A stretch of 64,000 nucleotides of DNA, from IMG/VR virus record IMGVR_UViG_3300048687_000070, positions 1-64,000 of that record. One strand, 5' to 3'. This DNA comes from a virus. The notes under the pieces were generated by a model. It worked only from the letters and a program-made list of their open reading frames with translations, was not told where the DNA came from and ran no database searches. Made by a program: the position numbers and the translations under genes. Positions 1 through 9,429 of the stretch are shown here, in pieces. Within the stretch, counting starts at the first letter, position 1; each line of letters begins with the position of its first letter.

Positions 1-2
1 GC

Positions 3-743
3 AAAGCCCTCGAGGCGTACATCGCGGACGACAAGTTCACCGAAGCGTGGACCGCGACCGGGACGGTCGTTGGCGCCATCACCGCCCTCATCAAACGGAC
101 CCTCGCGGGCGCCGACGTCATCTCCTACATCACCGACGTCCCCATCGGGAGCAGGGCGTTCGACATTGAGGCCGACCCGTGGGCCGGTGCCCAGGAGATC
201 GCAGCCGCGGCCGGCGCCGAGGTGTTTAGCAATGCGGACGGCGTGTTCGTCATCGCCACACTCCCGGACCTGCTGACCACACCGCCCGTATGGGCGGTCG
301 AGGCGACCGAGGGTGGCGTCTACATTTCCGGCAACCGGGCCATGACCAGCGACAACGTGTTCAACGGTGTGATGGCTCGCGGGGAGAACACGACGGACGA
401 CGCCCCGCCCGTCAGCGCGCTGATCGTCGACAACGATTCAGGCTCACCCACCTATTGGGGCGGCCCGTTCGGCAAGCGGCCCAAGTTCATCTCCTCGTCG
501 ACGCTCACCACGGTGGACGCGTGCGCGGCAGCCGCCTCACTGGAGCTCGCCAAGGCCAAGGCGCCGAATGCGAGCGGCGACATCTCCTCGCTGCCTAATC
601 CAGCGCTGGAGCCGGGCGATGTCATCCGCCTCGCGCACCCCGACGGCGTGCGTGAACTCCATCAGGCTGCGTCGTTCGCCGTCCCGCTCGACGAGGGCGG
701 CGACTTCCCCATCACCACGATCAGCGCCAAGGAGGATGCGTGA
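3..743 (+). CDS. Minor tail protein (DUF5047-like), 5'-truncated by window edge
   Basis: Frame open from window start (KALEAYIADDKF...), includes ORF 222..743; motifs SPTYWGGPFGKRPKF and NPALEPGDVI typical of actinophage minor tail proteins. Confidence 0.7.
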   Translation, partial: KALEAYIADDKFTEAWTATGTVVGAITALIKRTLAGADVISYITDVPIGSRAFDIEADPWAGAQEIAAAAGAEVFSNADGVFVIATLPDLLTTPPVWAVEATEGGVYISGNRAMTSDNVFNGVMARGENTTDDAPPVSALIVDNDSGSPTYWGGPFGKRPKFISSSTLTTVDACAAAASLELAKAKAPNASGDISSLPNPALEPGDVIRLAHPDGVRELHQAASFAVPLDEGGDFPITTISAKEDA

Positions 744-1399
744 AATCCGGGCACGCCTCAACGCGCGACCTCGCCGCAGCCCTCAAGCAGTCGGCGCAAC
801 GGACAGGGGAGACCAGCCCATCCGTGCGCGGCGCGGACTGGCGGACCGCCGTCGTCACCGCAGTCGGCGACGGAACAGTTACCGCGGACGGCATTGTGTG
901 GCGCTGCCTGGAGACGTACTCGATGCCGCTCGTTGGTGATGTCGCGGTCGTCTCCCAGTCCGGGGCAGGGAGTTGCGTCGCCTTCGGTCGCCTCTCCTCC
1001 GGCGACCCGGGATGGGTACAGCCGTCCCTCGGCACCGGCTACACGCAGGGCAACACCACGTCCCAGGGCAACCTCAACGGCCCGATCCGCTACCGGCGCA
1101 TCTGGCAAGGCGGCTGGTGGATGGAATGGGACGGCGGCGCCACCCGCACCAGCGGCGCCCAGACCGACAACATCCTCTCCAGCGCACTCGCCACCACATA
1201 CCGGCCTACTGCCCGCGCGTCGATGGTGGTCGCCCGAAACGCGACCGCGATCACCGGCGTAGCCGCATCCACGTCCGTCTTCCACTCCTGCAAGGCCGAC
1301 TTCCAGCAGGACGGAACTGTCTCCCTCGTCTCCGCCACAGGAGGCGACACGGAGACCGCCTGGTTCTCCCTCAAAGGGGTCCGCTACCCACTCAGCTAG
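740..1399 (+). CDS. Minor tail protein
   Basis: GTGA overlap with upstream gene; OB-like N-terminus, beta-rich C-terminus ending WFSLKGVRYPL; tail context. Confidence 0.6.
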   Translation: MKSGHASTRDLAAALKQSAQRTGETSPSVRGADWRTAVVTAVGDGTVTADGIVWRCLETYSMPLVGDVAVVSQSGAGSCVAFGRLSSGDPGWVQPSLGTGYTQGNTTSQGNLNGPIRYRRIWQGGWWMEWDGGATRTSGAQTDNILSSALATTYRPTARASMVVARNATAITGVAASTSVFHSCKADFQQDGTVSLVSATGGDTETAWFSLKGVRYPLS

Positions 1400-1407
1400 G
1401 AGGCCCT

Positions 1408-2043
1408 GTGCCCACCACAGACGCATACGGGCAGGGCATCCAACTTGCCTCGCTCACCGACGCCCCCGACCTCCCCAAAGCGATCTCGGATGTTGCGAAC
1501 GGTGTCATTCCCCGCGGGGTGATGCGGTTCGCGTCCGCGTCCGCCCGCGGCGCCACCCTCAGTTCCCCAGTGGCCGGGATGCTTGCCTGGCTTGCAGACT
1601 CCCGCTATCTCACCCTGTACGACGGTTCGGCCTGGGTCGTTATCTCGGCAGGAACGCAGGCATGGACTGCGGTGAGCCTCGCGACGGGATTCTCGAACAA
1701 CGACAACAACTCTCAAGGCAACTTGATGTACCGGGTAGTGAACCTGTTCGGCGAGCCCACCCTCATGTTCAAGGGTGGCCTGCACGTCGCGTACAGCGGC
1801 TCCCCATCGGTCATCGCCAACGGCGGCTACGTGACGTCGACACCGCTGCCCGCGACCGCGCGCCCGACCAACCTGCGCAGCCTCACCGGAGCCTGCTCCA
1901 CCGTCTCCTCCGACGTCCTCTCCGTGAAGATCGACGTTGGCACGGACGGCCGCATCCAGATCGTCGGCACCACCACCGCCACCGCCAACCCGAAGATCCA
2001 GCCCCCGTGGGTCAGCTTCAACAGCATCTTCTGCAGCCTCTGA
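1408..2043 (+). CDS. Minor tail / receptor-binding protein
   Basis: GTG after AGGAGG; RFASASARGATLSSPVAGMLAWL tail-fibre-like motif; C-terminus PWVSFNSI resembles that of the upstream gene. Confidence 0.6.
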   Translation: MPTTDAYGQGIQLASLTDAPDLPKAISDVANGVIPRGVMRFASASARGATLSSPVAGMLAWLADSRYLTLYDGSAWVVISAGTQAWTAVSLATGFSNNDNNSQGNLMYRVVNLFGEPTLMFKGGLHVAYSGSPSVIANGGYVTSTPLPATARPTNLRSLTGACSTVSSDVLSVKIDVGTDGRIQIVGTTTATANPKIQPPWVSFNSIFCSL

Positions 2044-2053
2044 GGAGCGCGTC

Positions 2054-2485
2054 ATGGCCACCGTCTGCAAGCTGTACCGCGGCGAAAAACCGCAGCTCAT
2101 CCCGCCCAACGTGTGGACGCTCGTCACCTACGAGAAGACCCTCTCCAACGACCGGTCGATGATGCGCGACCGGGCGCTGATCATGCCGCCGTTCGACGGC
2201 GACTTCATCTGGGCGCGCAACCTCCGCTGGGCGGCCATCGACATCCCAGACGGCGACACCCGCGTCCGCCAGATCATGTCCCGGTTCATCCGCGACCCGC
2301 ACGGCATCCGCGACGACACCGGGGCCGACGACCGGGTCGCCACACCCGGCCGCTCCTGGCAGACCGTGTGCTGGCCCTTCGCCGGCCAGGCCAATCAGGC
2401 CGTGGGCGTCGAGGTCTGGCACGACCACCACGAGGCGTGGCCCCTCGAGCACGCCCAATTCGTCGGCACAACCAGCGACTACTAG
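2054..2485 (+). CDS. Hypothetical virion-associated protein
   Basis: ATG after GAGGAG; lies between tail genes and lysin. Confidence 0.5.
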   Translation: MATVCKLYRGEKPQLIPPNVWTLVTYEKTLSNDRSMMRDRALIMPPFDGDFIWARNLRWAAIDIPDGDTRVRQIMSRFIRDPHGIRDDTGADDRVATPGRSWQTVCWPFAGQANQAVGVEVWHDHHEAWPLEHAQFVGTTSDY

Positions 2486-2495
2486 AAGAGGCACC

Positions 2496-3347
2496 ATGGC
2501 CAAGACCGGTCCACAGCGCTACCCCGGCGCCAGCACGTCGTACTGGTACGGCTCGAAGTACCCCGGCTCCGCGATGGAGTCCAACGTGGTCGTCTGGCAC
2601 ACCACGGAGGGCACTTCGCTCCCCGGCTACAGCGGGGGAGCGGAGGCGCCCAACTTCACCGCCAAGCCGGACTTCAAGGCCAAGCGGCTCGTCTGGTACC
2701 AGCACTTCGACTTCGACGTCTCCTCCCGAGCCCTCGTCAACCAGAGCGGCGGCGTCGAGACCAACACGCTCAACGCGTGCCAGGTCGAGATCGTCGGCAC
2801 CTGCGACCCGACCACCCACGCGAAGTGGACGAAGGCCGGCTACGCGCACCTGTACGCACCCGACCTGCCTGACTGGGCGATCCGGGACCTGGGCGCCTTC
2901 GCGAAGTGGGCCAACGAGCAGCACGGTGTCCCGCTGTCCTCCGGACTGACGTTCAAGGCGTACCCGTCCAGCTATGGCAACAGCTCCGTGCGCATGAGCG
3001 CAGCCCGCTGGAACTCGTTCAAGGGCCACTGCGGACACCAGCACGTACCTGAGAACGACCACGGCGACCCGGGCGCGCTGCCCATGGCCGCCATCCTCGC
3101 CGCCGCCAAGGGCGGCACCACCCCTTCGACGAGCGGAGACCTCGACATGGAAGCCAAGGCCGTCAGCGCCGCGGTGTGGGACCGGGACGAAATCCCCGCC
3201 CCGCCGTCCGCCAGCACGTTCAAGACCAACCCGACCTGGAAGGCCGGTTCGTACCTGAAGGAGCTGTACGAGCGGCAGCTCGACGTCCTCGAGCAGGTCG
3301 CCACCCTCGCCAAGAAGGTCGACGAACTCAGCAAGAAGGTGAGCTGA
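2496..3347 (+). CDS. Endolysin, N-acetylmuramoyl-L-alanine amidase (Amidase_2-like)
   Basis: Zn-amidase motifs VVWHTTEG and GHQHVPENDHGDPG; followed by holin. Confidence 0.85.
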   Translation: MAKTGPQRYPGASTSYWYGSKYPGSAMESNVVVWHTTEGTSLPGYSGGAEAPNFTAKPDFKAKRLVWYQHFDFDVSSRALVNQSGGVETNTLNACQVEIVGTCDPTTHAKWTKAGYAHLYAPDLPDWAIRDLGAFAKWANEQHGVPLSSGLTFKAYPSSYGNSSVRMSAARWNSFKGHCGHQHVPENDHGDPGALPMAAILAAAKGGTTPSTSGDLDMEAKAVSAAVWDRDEIPAPPSASTFKTNPTWKAGSYLKELYERQLDVLEQVATLAKKVDELSKKVS

Positions 3348-3348
3348 C

Positions 3349-3711
3349 ATGCGCATATTCGGCCGTGAACCTGCTGTCATCCTGGGCATCGTCTCCGGCG
3401 CCCTGTCCCTGCTCGTCACGTTCGGCATCGGCCTGTCCTCCGAACAGGCCGGCGCCATCGTCGCCGTCATCTCCGCCGTGTTCGCTGCGATCACCGCGTG
3501 GATGACCCGCCCGATCGTGCCGTCCGCGTTCACCGGCCTCGTCGCCGCGGTCGTCGCACTGCTGGCCGCCTTCCACTACGAGGTCGCCCCCGAAACCGTC
3601 GGCTCCCTCAACGCGCTCGTGCTCGCCGTCCTGGTGTTCATCACCCGCGGGCAGGTCACCCCGTCCTCACCGCCGGCCCCCGCCGCGGCGAACGGCCCGA
3701 CCAGCGTCTAG
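3349..3711 (+). CDS. Holin
   Basis: 120 aa, about 4 TM helices, MRIFGREPA start typical of actinophage holins, directly after lysin. Confidence 0.8.
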   Translation: MRIFGREPAVILGIVSGALSLLVTFGIGLSSEQAGAIVAVISAVFAAITAWMTRPIVPSAFTGLVAAVVALLAAFHYEVAPETVGSLNALVLAVLVFITRGQVTPSSPPAPAAANGPTSV

Positions 3712-3720
3712 GAGCAGCAC

Positions 3721-4017
3721 GTGCCCGATGAGCCGATCACCCTCGGCGAGCTCAGCCGACGCGTCGAGGATCGGCTCACCGACGTCCGCGACGACATCAA
3801 GCAACTCGGCGAACGCATCGACACCAAGGTCTCCCAAGAGGTCTACGACCTGCGGCACGAAGCACTCGCCGCCCGCGTCACCACCCTGGAAACCCTGCGG
3901 GAGAAAGACGCCGAACGCATCGTCGCCACACGACGATGGCTGATCGGAGCCGTCATTGTCCCCCTCGTCGGGATCCTCCTGCCCGTCATCATTCTGCTGC
4001 TGGGAGCGGGCTCATGA
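3721..4017 (+). CDS. Coiled-coil membrane protein (lysis cassette)
   Basis: N-terminal coiled coil and C-terminal TM helix. Confidence 0.6.
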   Translation: MPDEPITLGELSRRVEDRLTDVRDDIKQLGERIDTKVSQEVYDLRHEALAARVTTLETLREKDAERIVATRRWLIGAVIVPLVGILLPVIILLLGAGS

Positions 4018-4682
4018 CGCGATCAGCGATCCGCAAGGAAGAGAGCCGCTGGCGGCGAGGCGACTTCCTCGTCATCACATCCGCGATCCTGTTCGGCATC
4101 GCCATGGCATGGATCGTGCTGCGCGTCCAAGACCTCACCAGCGACCTCCAAACCCAGTACACCGCCCGCGACGCCCTCGCCCGCCAGGTCGAACGCCTCG
4201 GCGGGCAACCCGTCGCAGGACCACCCGGCTCCCGCGGCGAACCCGGCAAAACCGTGAAGGGGCCCCGCGGGCAGAACGGCGAGAAGGGGGAGACCGGCAA
4301 GCCCGGCAGCCCCGGACCGTCAGGCTCACCCGGCAAGAACGGCGGCGACGGGGACCAGGGCGACGAGGGAAGTACTGGCGAGCCCGGCCCTTCGGGATCG
4401 CCGGGCGCCGTAGGGGAGCAGGGAGCCGAAGGCTCTCAGGGCGAGCCCGGACCCGCAGGCCCTCAAGGGGAGCCGGGGCCGGCCGGAGCCGACGGCGAAG
4501 ACGGAGCGGACGGCCGCGACGGCAAGGACGGGCAGACCTGCCCCGACGGCTACTCCCTTCAGACGCCGGCCGCCGACCCCGACGCGCTCGTCTGCCGCCG
4601 CGACGCTGCACCCAACGACGGCGGTGACGAACCCGCGCCGCAGGCTGCCGGGTTGGACCCGACCCGCCGCCAGTACATCTAG
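4014..4682 (+). CDS. Membrane-anchored collagen-like protein
   Basis: ATGA overlap; TM helix, coiled coil, long Gly-X-Y run, C-terminal CPDGY...C pair. Confidence 0.8.
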   Translation: MTRSAIRKEESRWRRGDFLVITSAILFGIAMAWIVLRVQDLTSDLQTQYTARDALARQVERLGGQPVAGPPGSRGEPGKTVKGPRGQNGEKGETGKPGSPGPSGSPGKNGGDGDQGDEGSTGEPGPSGSPGAVGEQGAEGSQGEPGPAGPQGEPGPAGADGEDGADGRDGKDGQTCPDGYSLQTPAADPDALVCRRDAAPNDGGDEPAPQAAGLDPTRRQYI

Positions 4683-4690
4683 GAGCCCGT

Positions 4691-4876
4691 GTGCCTGACC
4701 CGATCCCTGTCACACCGCGCGTCGACGAGTCTGCCGCCGATATGAGCAGCCTCGTACAACTCGGCCTGGCCGAACCACAGCCCGTACCCGAACCACCGCC
4801 GCCCGCCACGGACCCGTTCCAGGAGCCCGTATACCCGGGCCTCCCCGGCGGGTACGTGCCCGATGAGCCCGCATGA
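4691..4876 (+). CDS. Small Pro-rich hypothetical protein
   Basis: GTG after AGGAG; last gene before terminator. Confidence 0.5.
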   Translation: MPDPIPVTPRVDESAADMSSLVQLGLAEPQPVPEPPPPATDPFQEPVYPGLPGGYVPDEPA

Positions 4877-4878
4877 CA

Positions 4879-4916
4879 GTGCCCCGCCCTCCTGCTTCGG
4901 CAGGGGTGCGGGGCGC
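4879..4916. terminator. Bidirectional hairpin terminator
   Basis: GTGCCCCGCCCTCCTGC-TTCG-GCAGGGGTGCGGGGCGC between convergent genes. Confidence 0.7.
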
Positions 4917-4932
4917 TTCGTCGTGTTCGGGG

Positions 4933-5583
4933 CTAGTTCCAGCCGCCTGTGAAGTTGCTGTTCACCTGCGCCGAGCAGATGTTGTAACTCCCCGACGCGT
5001 GCCCCTTCTTCGTGTGGCCGTCGACCGTGACCGAGCAGTTGATGTCGCCGCCGCCCTGCAGCTGCGCCGACACGTGGAAGTACATGGCGTCATCGTTCAA
5101 CGTCAGCGTCTTCGTCATGGGCATTCCAGCGCCTTGCCGACTATCGCTGTCGCTGCCATACGTCGTGTCGACGCCCGCGGGCGCGGACCCCCACACCTTG
5201 AACACAACCTTCCCCGACGGCGCTTCGTCTTCGGCGGGCTTCGCCGCGGGCTTCTTGGCGGGGGTCGCAGCCTTCGGCTTGGCCGTCTTCGTGACCGTCA
5301 CGGTCGGCGCCGGCTTCGCCTTGCTGTCCTTGGCTGCGGGGGTCTTCGTCACCGTGACCGCAGGAGCGGGCTTCGAGCTTGCGACGGCCTTCTCGTCGCC
5401 GCCACCGGATGCGCCGATACCGACACCGATGAACAGGATCACGAACGCGGCGGGGATCACGAACCGCTTCTTCGCCCACTTCGGGCCGGACGGCGGCGGG
5501 AAGCCCGGCCCCGGCATTGCGGGCCCGGGCGGCACAGGCCCATTGAACGGCGGCTGGTGCGGCGGCGGTTGGTTGTACGACAT
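4933..5583 (-). CDS. Membrane protein with Pro-rich N-terminus and MmpS-like Ig-fold C-terminal domain
   Basis: ATG 5583 after GGGGGA; one TM; VVFKVWG...INCSVTVDG...C resembles MmpS-type domains. Confidence 0.6.
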   Translation of the reverse strand: MSYNQPPPHQPPFNGPVPPGPAMPGPGFPPPSGPKWAKKRFVIPAAFVILFIGVGIGASGGGDEKAVASSKPAPAVTVTKTPAAKDSKAKPAPTVTVTKTAKPKAATPAKKPAAKPAEDEAPSGKVVFKVWGSAPAGVDTTYGSDSDSRQGAGMPMTKTLTLNDDAMYFHVSAQLQGGGDINCSVTVDGHTKKGHASGSYNICSAQVNSNFTGGWN

Positions 5584-5732
5584 GAGTCCCCCCAAGTGAT
5601 GTGCGATGGCACATGACGGTAAGGGCGGATGTAGCGGCCATGAAAGACCAGTGATGGAGTTGTGACGAAAGCGTGAAGCTTCAACCGATCGGCGACAGGA
5701 GGGCCGGAGCCGACGGGCGCCGGCCCTCCGCC

Positions 5733-6197
5733 CTAGACGGGCTGCGTCAGCTTCATAAACCGGCCGGACGCCACAGTGTGCACGGTCGCCGTGAGGAACG
5801 TCAGAGCGGTCTTGCCGTCTGGTGTCGTTCGGGGAGTGACTGCGAAGTCGACGGGGCTCATGCGCGGCAACTCGGCCCGGTTGTACGGCGACCCGGGGAT
5901 GGTGATGGCGGCTTCGATGCCAAAGTAGGGCAACGGAGACAGGAACGCATGCAGGCGCCGAATCTCCGCCTCGGCCGAGAACGTCGACCTGTGGTCCGGG
6001 AGGACCAGCCCCAGGGTCGCCAGCGCCGACTGGGCGACAGGGCGCCGAGCGCCGAAATCGAACGGGGCGTAGTCGGGCTCCTCGCGGTCGATGCTCAGAT
6101 CGAGCTGCCACAGTTCCCCAGAGTTCGACGTGATGTTCTCGCCGAGAGGCGTATCGAAGCGGATCCACTCGACGGTTGCAGGCGCCGTAGTCGTCAT
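5733..6197 (-). CDS. Hypothetical protein
   Basis: ORF from MTTTAPATVEW with protein-like composition. Confidence 0.55.
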   Translation of the reverse strand: MTTTAPATVEWIRFDTPLGENITSNSGELWQLDLSIDREEPDYAPFDFGARRPVAQSALATLGLVLPDHRSTFSAEAEIRRLHAFLSPLPYFGIEAAITIPGSPYNRAELPRMSPVDFAVTPRTTPDGKTALTFLTATVHTVASGRFMKLTQPV

Positions 6198-6293
6198 GCC
6201 GCGAGGGTAGCGGGCGGCAGGGGGACGGGCGGGCCGCCGCAGTCGAGGTAGCGCATAACGTTCCCTGAAGCGCTGCGAGTTGACCATGAAGGA

Positions 6294-6319
6294 CTCTCGA
6301 TAACATGCCATATCGCGAG
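6294..6319. promoter_or_regulatory. Putative lox/res-like recombination site or operator
   Basis: CTCTCGATA-ACATGCCA-TATCGCGAG: 9-bp inverted arms (1 mismatch) with 8-bp asymmetric spacer, upstream of -10 TACAAT (6331) of the operon containing the Cre-like recombinase. Confidence 0.5.
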
Positions 6320-6341
6320 CGACAGAACGGTACAATTAGCT

Positions 6342-6728
6342 ATGGCTGACGACCTGACACTCGGAGAGATCCGCCGCGAACTTCAGCGCCTCACATCCAT
6401 GGCTGGCAGTGCCGAGCGCCCCAAGCCGACCCGCATCAACCCGCCCGATCACCAATGGCCCGGCCACGAGTGGGATCTGCGCGAGATGACGCCGCAGGGC
6501 GGCACCAAAGAGAAGGTGTGGGTGATCCGCACCGTCGACGAGCAGGACACCGCCGACGGCTTGGTGTACGTCTCCACCCCCGAGTCGATGTACCCCGGCA
6601 TCGACTTCGTCCCCCTCTACGCCTCCGATGCGCGACAGCTCGCGATGGCACTGCTCGCGGCAGCAGACCGGGCGGACCACCAAGCGCTCGACATACCGCG
6701 TCTCGAAGACCGACGGAAGGTGAGCTGA
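6342..6728 (+). CDS. Hypothetical protein
   Basis: Probably leaderless ATG 5 nt after TACAAT. Confidence 0.6.
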   Translation: MADDLTLGEIRRELQRLTSMAGSAERPKPTRINPPDHQWPGHEWDLREMTPQGGTKEKVWVIRTVDEQDTADGLVYVSTPESMYPGIDFVPLYASDARQLAMALLAAADRADHQALDIPRLEDRRKVS

Positions 6729-6730
6729 CG

Positions 6731-7309
6731 ATGAGCGTTAACGTCCGCCTCGGTGATGAACAGGGCCTCGACCGGAGTCGTCGCTATCTGCGACCCGTCG
6801 CCCGCCTCCCCCTTGAAGGGCAGCCCGACGACACACACTGGGCCGTGTACCAGTGGCTGCCCCAGTTCGAGGCATGGGCCACCGGAACCGCGCTGTGCGG
6901 CTACTCGACTCAGCAGGGCTCGCTCCCAGAAGACACCACAGTGACGTGCGTGAACTGCGAGGAGTACCGGCCAACCTACGAGCGGATGTTGGACCCCACG
7001 CACGTCCCCGGCAGCGACGTCCCGATGACCGCCGAGGAGCTGCGCGACACCCTCGCCGAGATCATTCACGGACACAGCCGCAAGGACTCCAGCGACTGGG
7101 ACATAAACCAGGCTATGAACGCCGTGGAAGCCCACGTCGCCTACCGCATCGAGCACTTCCTCGCCGAACAGACGCAGGAACAGGTCCCACCGACTGAAGG
7201 TGATCAGCGGCCCTGCGGCTACACGAAGCGGCACCCCTCGCACACGTTCATGCGTCTGGAAGTCCCCTTCCAGTGCCCCGGTGAGCACGAGGCGGGGGGC
7301 GAGCGATGA
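6731..7309 (+). CDS. Hypothetical protein with Cys motifs
   Basis: Coupled to flanking genes; ALCG...CVNC. Confidence 0.55.
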   Translation: MSVNVRLGDEQGLDRSRRYLRPVARLPLEGQPDDTHWAVYQWLPQFEAWATGTALCGYSTQQGSLPEDTTVTCVNCEEYRPTYERMLDPTHVPGSDVPMTAEELRDTLAEIIHGHSRKDSSDWDINQAMNAVEAHVAYRIEHFLAEQTQEQVPPTEGDQRPCGYTKRHPSHTFMRLEVPFQCPGEHEAGGER

Positions 7310-8325
7310 GCGGCGGCATCATCCCCCGCCAGCCAGACGCCGCCCCCGCCGTCCGTGACGCTGCGACGCTCGCCGTCCTCGCCGCGATGGAGCAGGCAGC
7401 CGAACAGCACCTCGACGCCATCCGCCCCAACAACACGAAACGCGGCTACGCCAACGACTGGAACCTCTGGACCGAGTTCCACGACTGGCTCGCCCAACAG
7501 ACCGGCCACCGGCTAGCGTTGACCGACGTCACGAAGGGCACGCTCGTCGGCTTCGTCGTCTGGCTCGACACCATCAAGCTCGCCGCGCCCACGTCGATCG
7601 ACCGGCGGATCACCGGGGTCACCGTCACCCTTCGGCGGGAGCACGGCATCGAGATCCCGAAGGAAGTCACCGTCGCCGCACGGCAAGCGCTGAAGCCGCT
7701 GAAGGCTGACGAGGAACGCCTCGCACGCGGCCGAGGAGCAGCCAAAGCTGCAACCCCTGACCAGCTCAGGCAGATGGCCGCCGCGGTACCGGACGGGCTC
7801 ACCGGCCTGCGCGACCGCGCCCTCTGGCTCATGGCCTTCTTCATCGCAGGGCGTTCCGCCGAAGTCGCCGCCCTCAAAGCCGAAGGCATCACCCTCCACA
7901 GCCAGGGCCTCAAAGTCCGAGTTCCCGGCGTCAAGGGAAAGCCTGCACGTGAAGTCGTCGTCGCCTACGACAGCAACCCTGACACCTGCCCCGTCCGGTC
8001 CTGGCTCACCTGGAAGGCAGCCAGCGGCATCACCACCGGAGCAGCCTTCCGCGCCATCGACGTCTGGGGTCACCTCGGCGACGGCCACCTCAGCGCCGAA
8101 GCCGTCCGCGAGATCATCGCCCGCAACGCCGAACGCGCAGGCGTCACCGTCCGCCTAACCGGCCACAGCATGCGCGCCGGATTCATCACCGCCTCACGCA
8201 TCGCAGGCAAGCGCGAAGAAAAGATCCGCGAACAGTCCGGCCACGCAGAAGGTAGCCCCATCTTCTGGCGCTACATCCGCGAAGCCGACAAGTGGGTCGA
8301 CGCGGCCAGCGAGGGCATCCTCTGA
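7306..8325 (+). CDS. Cre-like tyrosine recombinase (resolvase type)
   Basis: Catalytic motifs RDRAL...GRSAEV, GHSMRAGFIT, QSGH, WRY; short N-terminus (PNNTKRGYANDW) lacking an arm-binding domain. Confidence 0.9.
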   Translation: MSGGIIPRQPDAAPAVRDAATLAVLAAMEQAAEQHLDAIRPNNTKRGYANDWNLWTEFHDWLAQQTGHRLALTDVTKGTLVGFVVWLDTIKLAAPTSIDRRITGVTVTLRREHGIEIPKEVTVAARQALKPLKADEERLARGRGAAKAATPDQLRQMAAAVPDGLTGLRDRALWLMAFFIAGRSAEVAALKAEGITLHSQGLKVRVPGVKGKPAREVVVAYDSNPDTCPVRSWLTWKAASGITTGAAFRAIDVWGHLGDGHLSAEAVREIIARNAERAGVTVRLTGHSMRAGFITASRIAGKREEKIREQSGHAEGSPIFWRYIREADKWVDAASEGIL

Positions 8326-8350
8326 CCATCTGCGCGAAGGGAGCGCCTGC

Positions 8351-8668
8351 ATGAACGCAGAGATCCACCCCACGGCGGACCCGCACCGTTTCACGATCCA
8401 CGACGGAGACGAGTGGATCGGGGAGATCGTCAAGGATGAGGACATCGAGAACGGCGTCCTCATGAGCGACGAGCACCTCTGGCTAGTCGAGATCTGGAGC
8501 CAGATGGGCACCGGGAAGAAGTGGGAGAAGAGCTGCGAGACCTGGGAAGAGACTGAGGAGTTCGTGCGCCAGGCGCATCGGGAGATGGTGGGCGAGCGGC
8601 GTGAACTGACCAAGGGCTCGCGTCCGCCGACCATCAGTACACCGACGGGCGGCCAGCGGCGTCGATAG
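8351..8668 (+). CDS. Hypothetical protein
   Basis: RBS GGGAG; acidic 105-aa ORF. Confidence 0.55.
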   Translation: MNAEIHPTADPHRFTIHDGDEWIGEIVKDEDIENGVLMSDEHLWLVEIWSQMGTGKKWEKSCETWEETEEFVRQAHREMVGERRELTKGSRPPTISTPTGGQRRR

Positions 8669-8686
8669 CTGTGCCACACTGCCGGT

Positions 8687-8722
8687 GCGCCCCGCCTCTC
8701 ATCCCCCGTGGAGGCGGGGCGC
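8687..8722. terminator. Bidirectional hairpin terminator
   Basis: GCGCCCCGCCTC...GAGGCGGGGCGC between convergent genes. Confidence 0.65.
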
Positions 8723-8729
8723 TCGTGCG

Positions 8730-8915
8730 TCAGCTCTTCGCCTGGAGCACCTGCCCGACCTTCACCGACACGACCTCCACCGCGGTGCAGCCGGCGGCTT
8801 CTAGTTCGGCTTTGCGGTCTTCGGCGCTCTTCTTGTCGTAGTGGCAGACGGCGGCGTGATGCTTGCCGTTGCCGTCTGTCCAGGTCAGCCCGTAGTCATC
8901 CATGGTGATCGCCAT
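8730..8915 (-). CDS. Small hypothetical protein (leaderless)
   Basis: ATG 8915 lies 6 nt after the -10 of a RecA-NDp-type motif. Confidence 0.6.
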   Translation of the reverse strand: MAITMDDYGLTWTDGNGKHHAAVCHYDKKSAEDRKAELEAAGCTAVEVVSVKVGQVLQAKS

Positions 8916-8921
8916 GCCGAC

Positions 8922-8944
8922 ATTGTGGATCACGGCACTGACAA
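8922..8944 (-). promoter_or_regulatory. RecA-NDp (PafBC-type) promoter motif
   Basis: Minus strand TTGTCAGTG-N8-CACAAT. Confidence 0.6.
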
Positions 8945-9009
8945 TGGCGGCGCGCGGCGTCGGCGCGCGAGGCGCATCCTGGAAGCAGGCCCTCGGAAGC
9001 AGGTGCGTC

Positions 9010-9429
9010 ATGGGCTTTCAGCCGACGAGCGTAACCACGCCCTTCTTCGGGATCGCCGGGCAGTGGACGCGCTCCGACCGCGAGGTCGCTGCCCTGGTGA
9101 TGAACTTCCTGCGGGGGCGGCGAGTGATTCGCGACTACGGCCCCCGGGAGCCCATCGAGGTCGCCCACTGCCTCGCGTCGGCGCGACGGTGCCGCGAAAC
9201 GCTCAGTGAGTACCTGGACATGGCCAGGCCCGGCCGCGCCCTGGCGGAGTGGATTGTCGCCCTGCGGGAGGCGTTCATGGACTTCGAGCAGGCCGCAGGC
9301 CCGGATGGGGTTCGGTTCGTCGAGGATCCCGCCGCGTTCATGGACGCCCTCGATGAGCTCCGCGCGACGGTCCGAGAGGCCAGCCGGTTCGTGGCGAAGA
9401 AGGCGAACGTCGCTGACCTCCCGTCGTGA
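9010..9429 (+). CDS. Hypothetical protein
   Basis: ORF MGFQPTSVTTPFFG..., helical composition. Confidence 0.5.
   Translation: MGFQPTSVTTPFFGIAGQWTRSDREVAALVMNFLRGRRVIRDYGPREPIEVAHCLASARRCRETLSEYLDMARPGRALAEWIVALREAFMDFEQAAGPDGVRFVEDPAAFMDALDELRATVREASRFVAKKANVADLPS

Noticed and set aside
1-2485. Diversity-generating retroelement acting on tail genes
   Set aside because: No reverse transcriptase and no template/variable repeat pair seen in the window
4215-4535. DNA repeat element in the collagen region
   Set aside because: Periodicity is explained by Gly-X-Y coding
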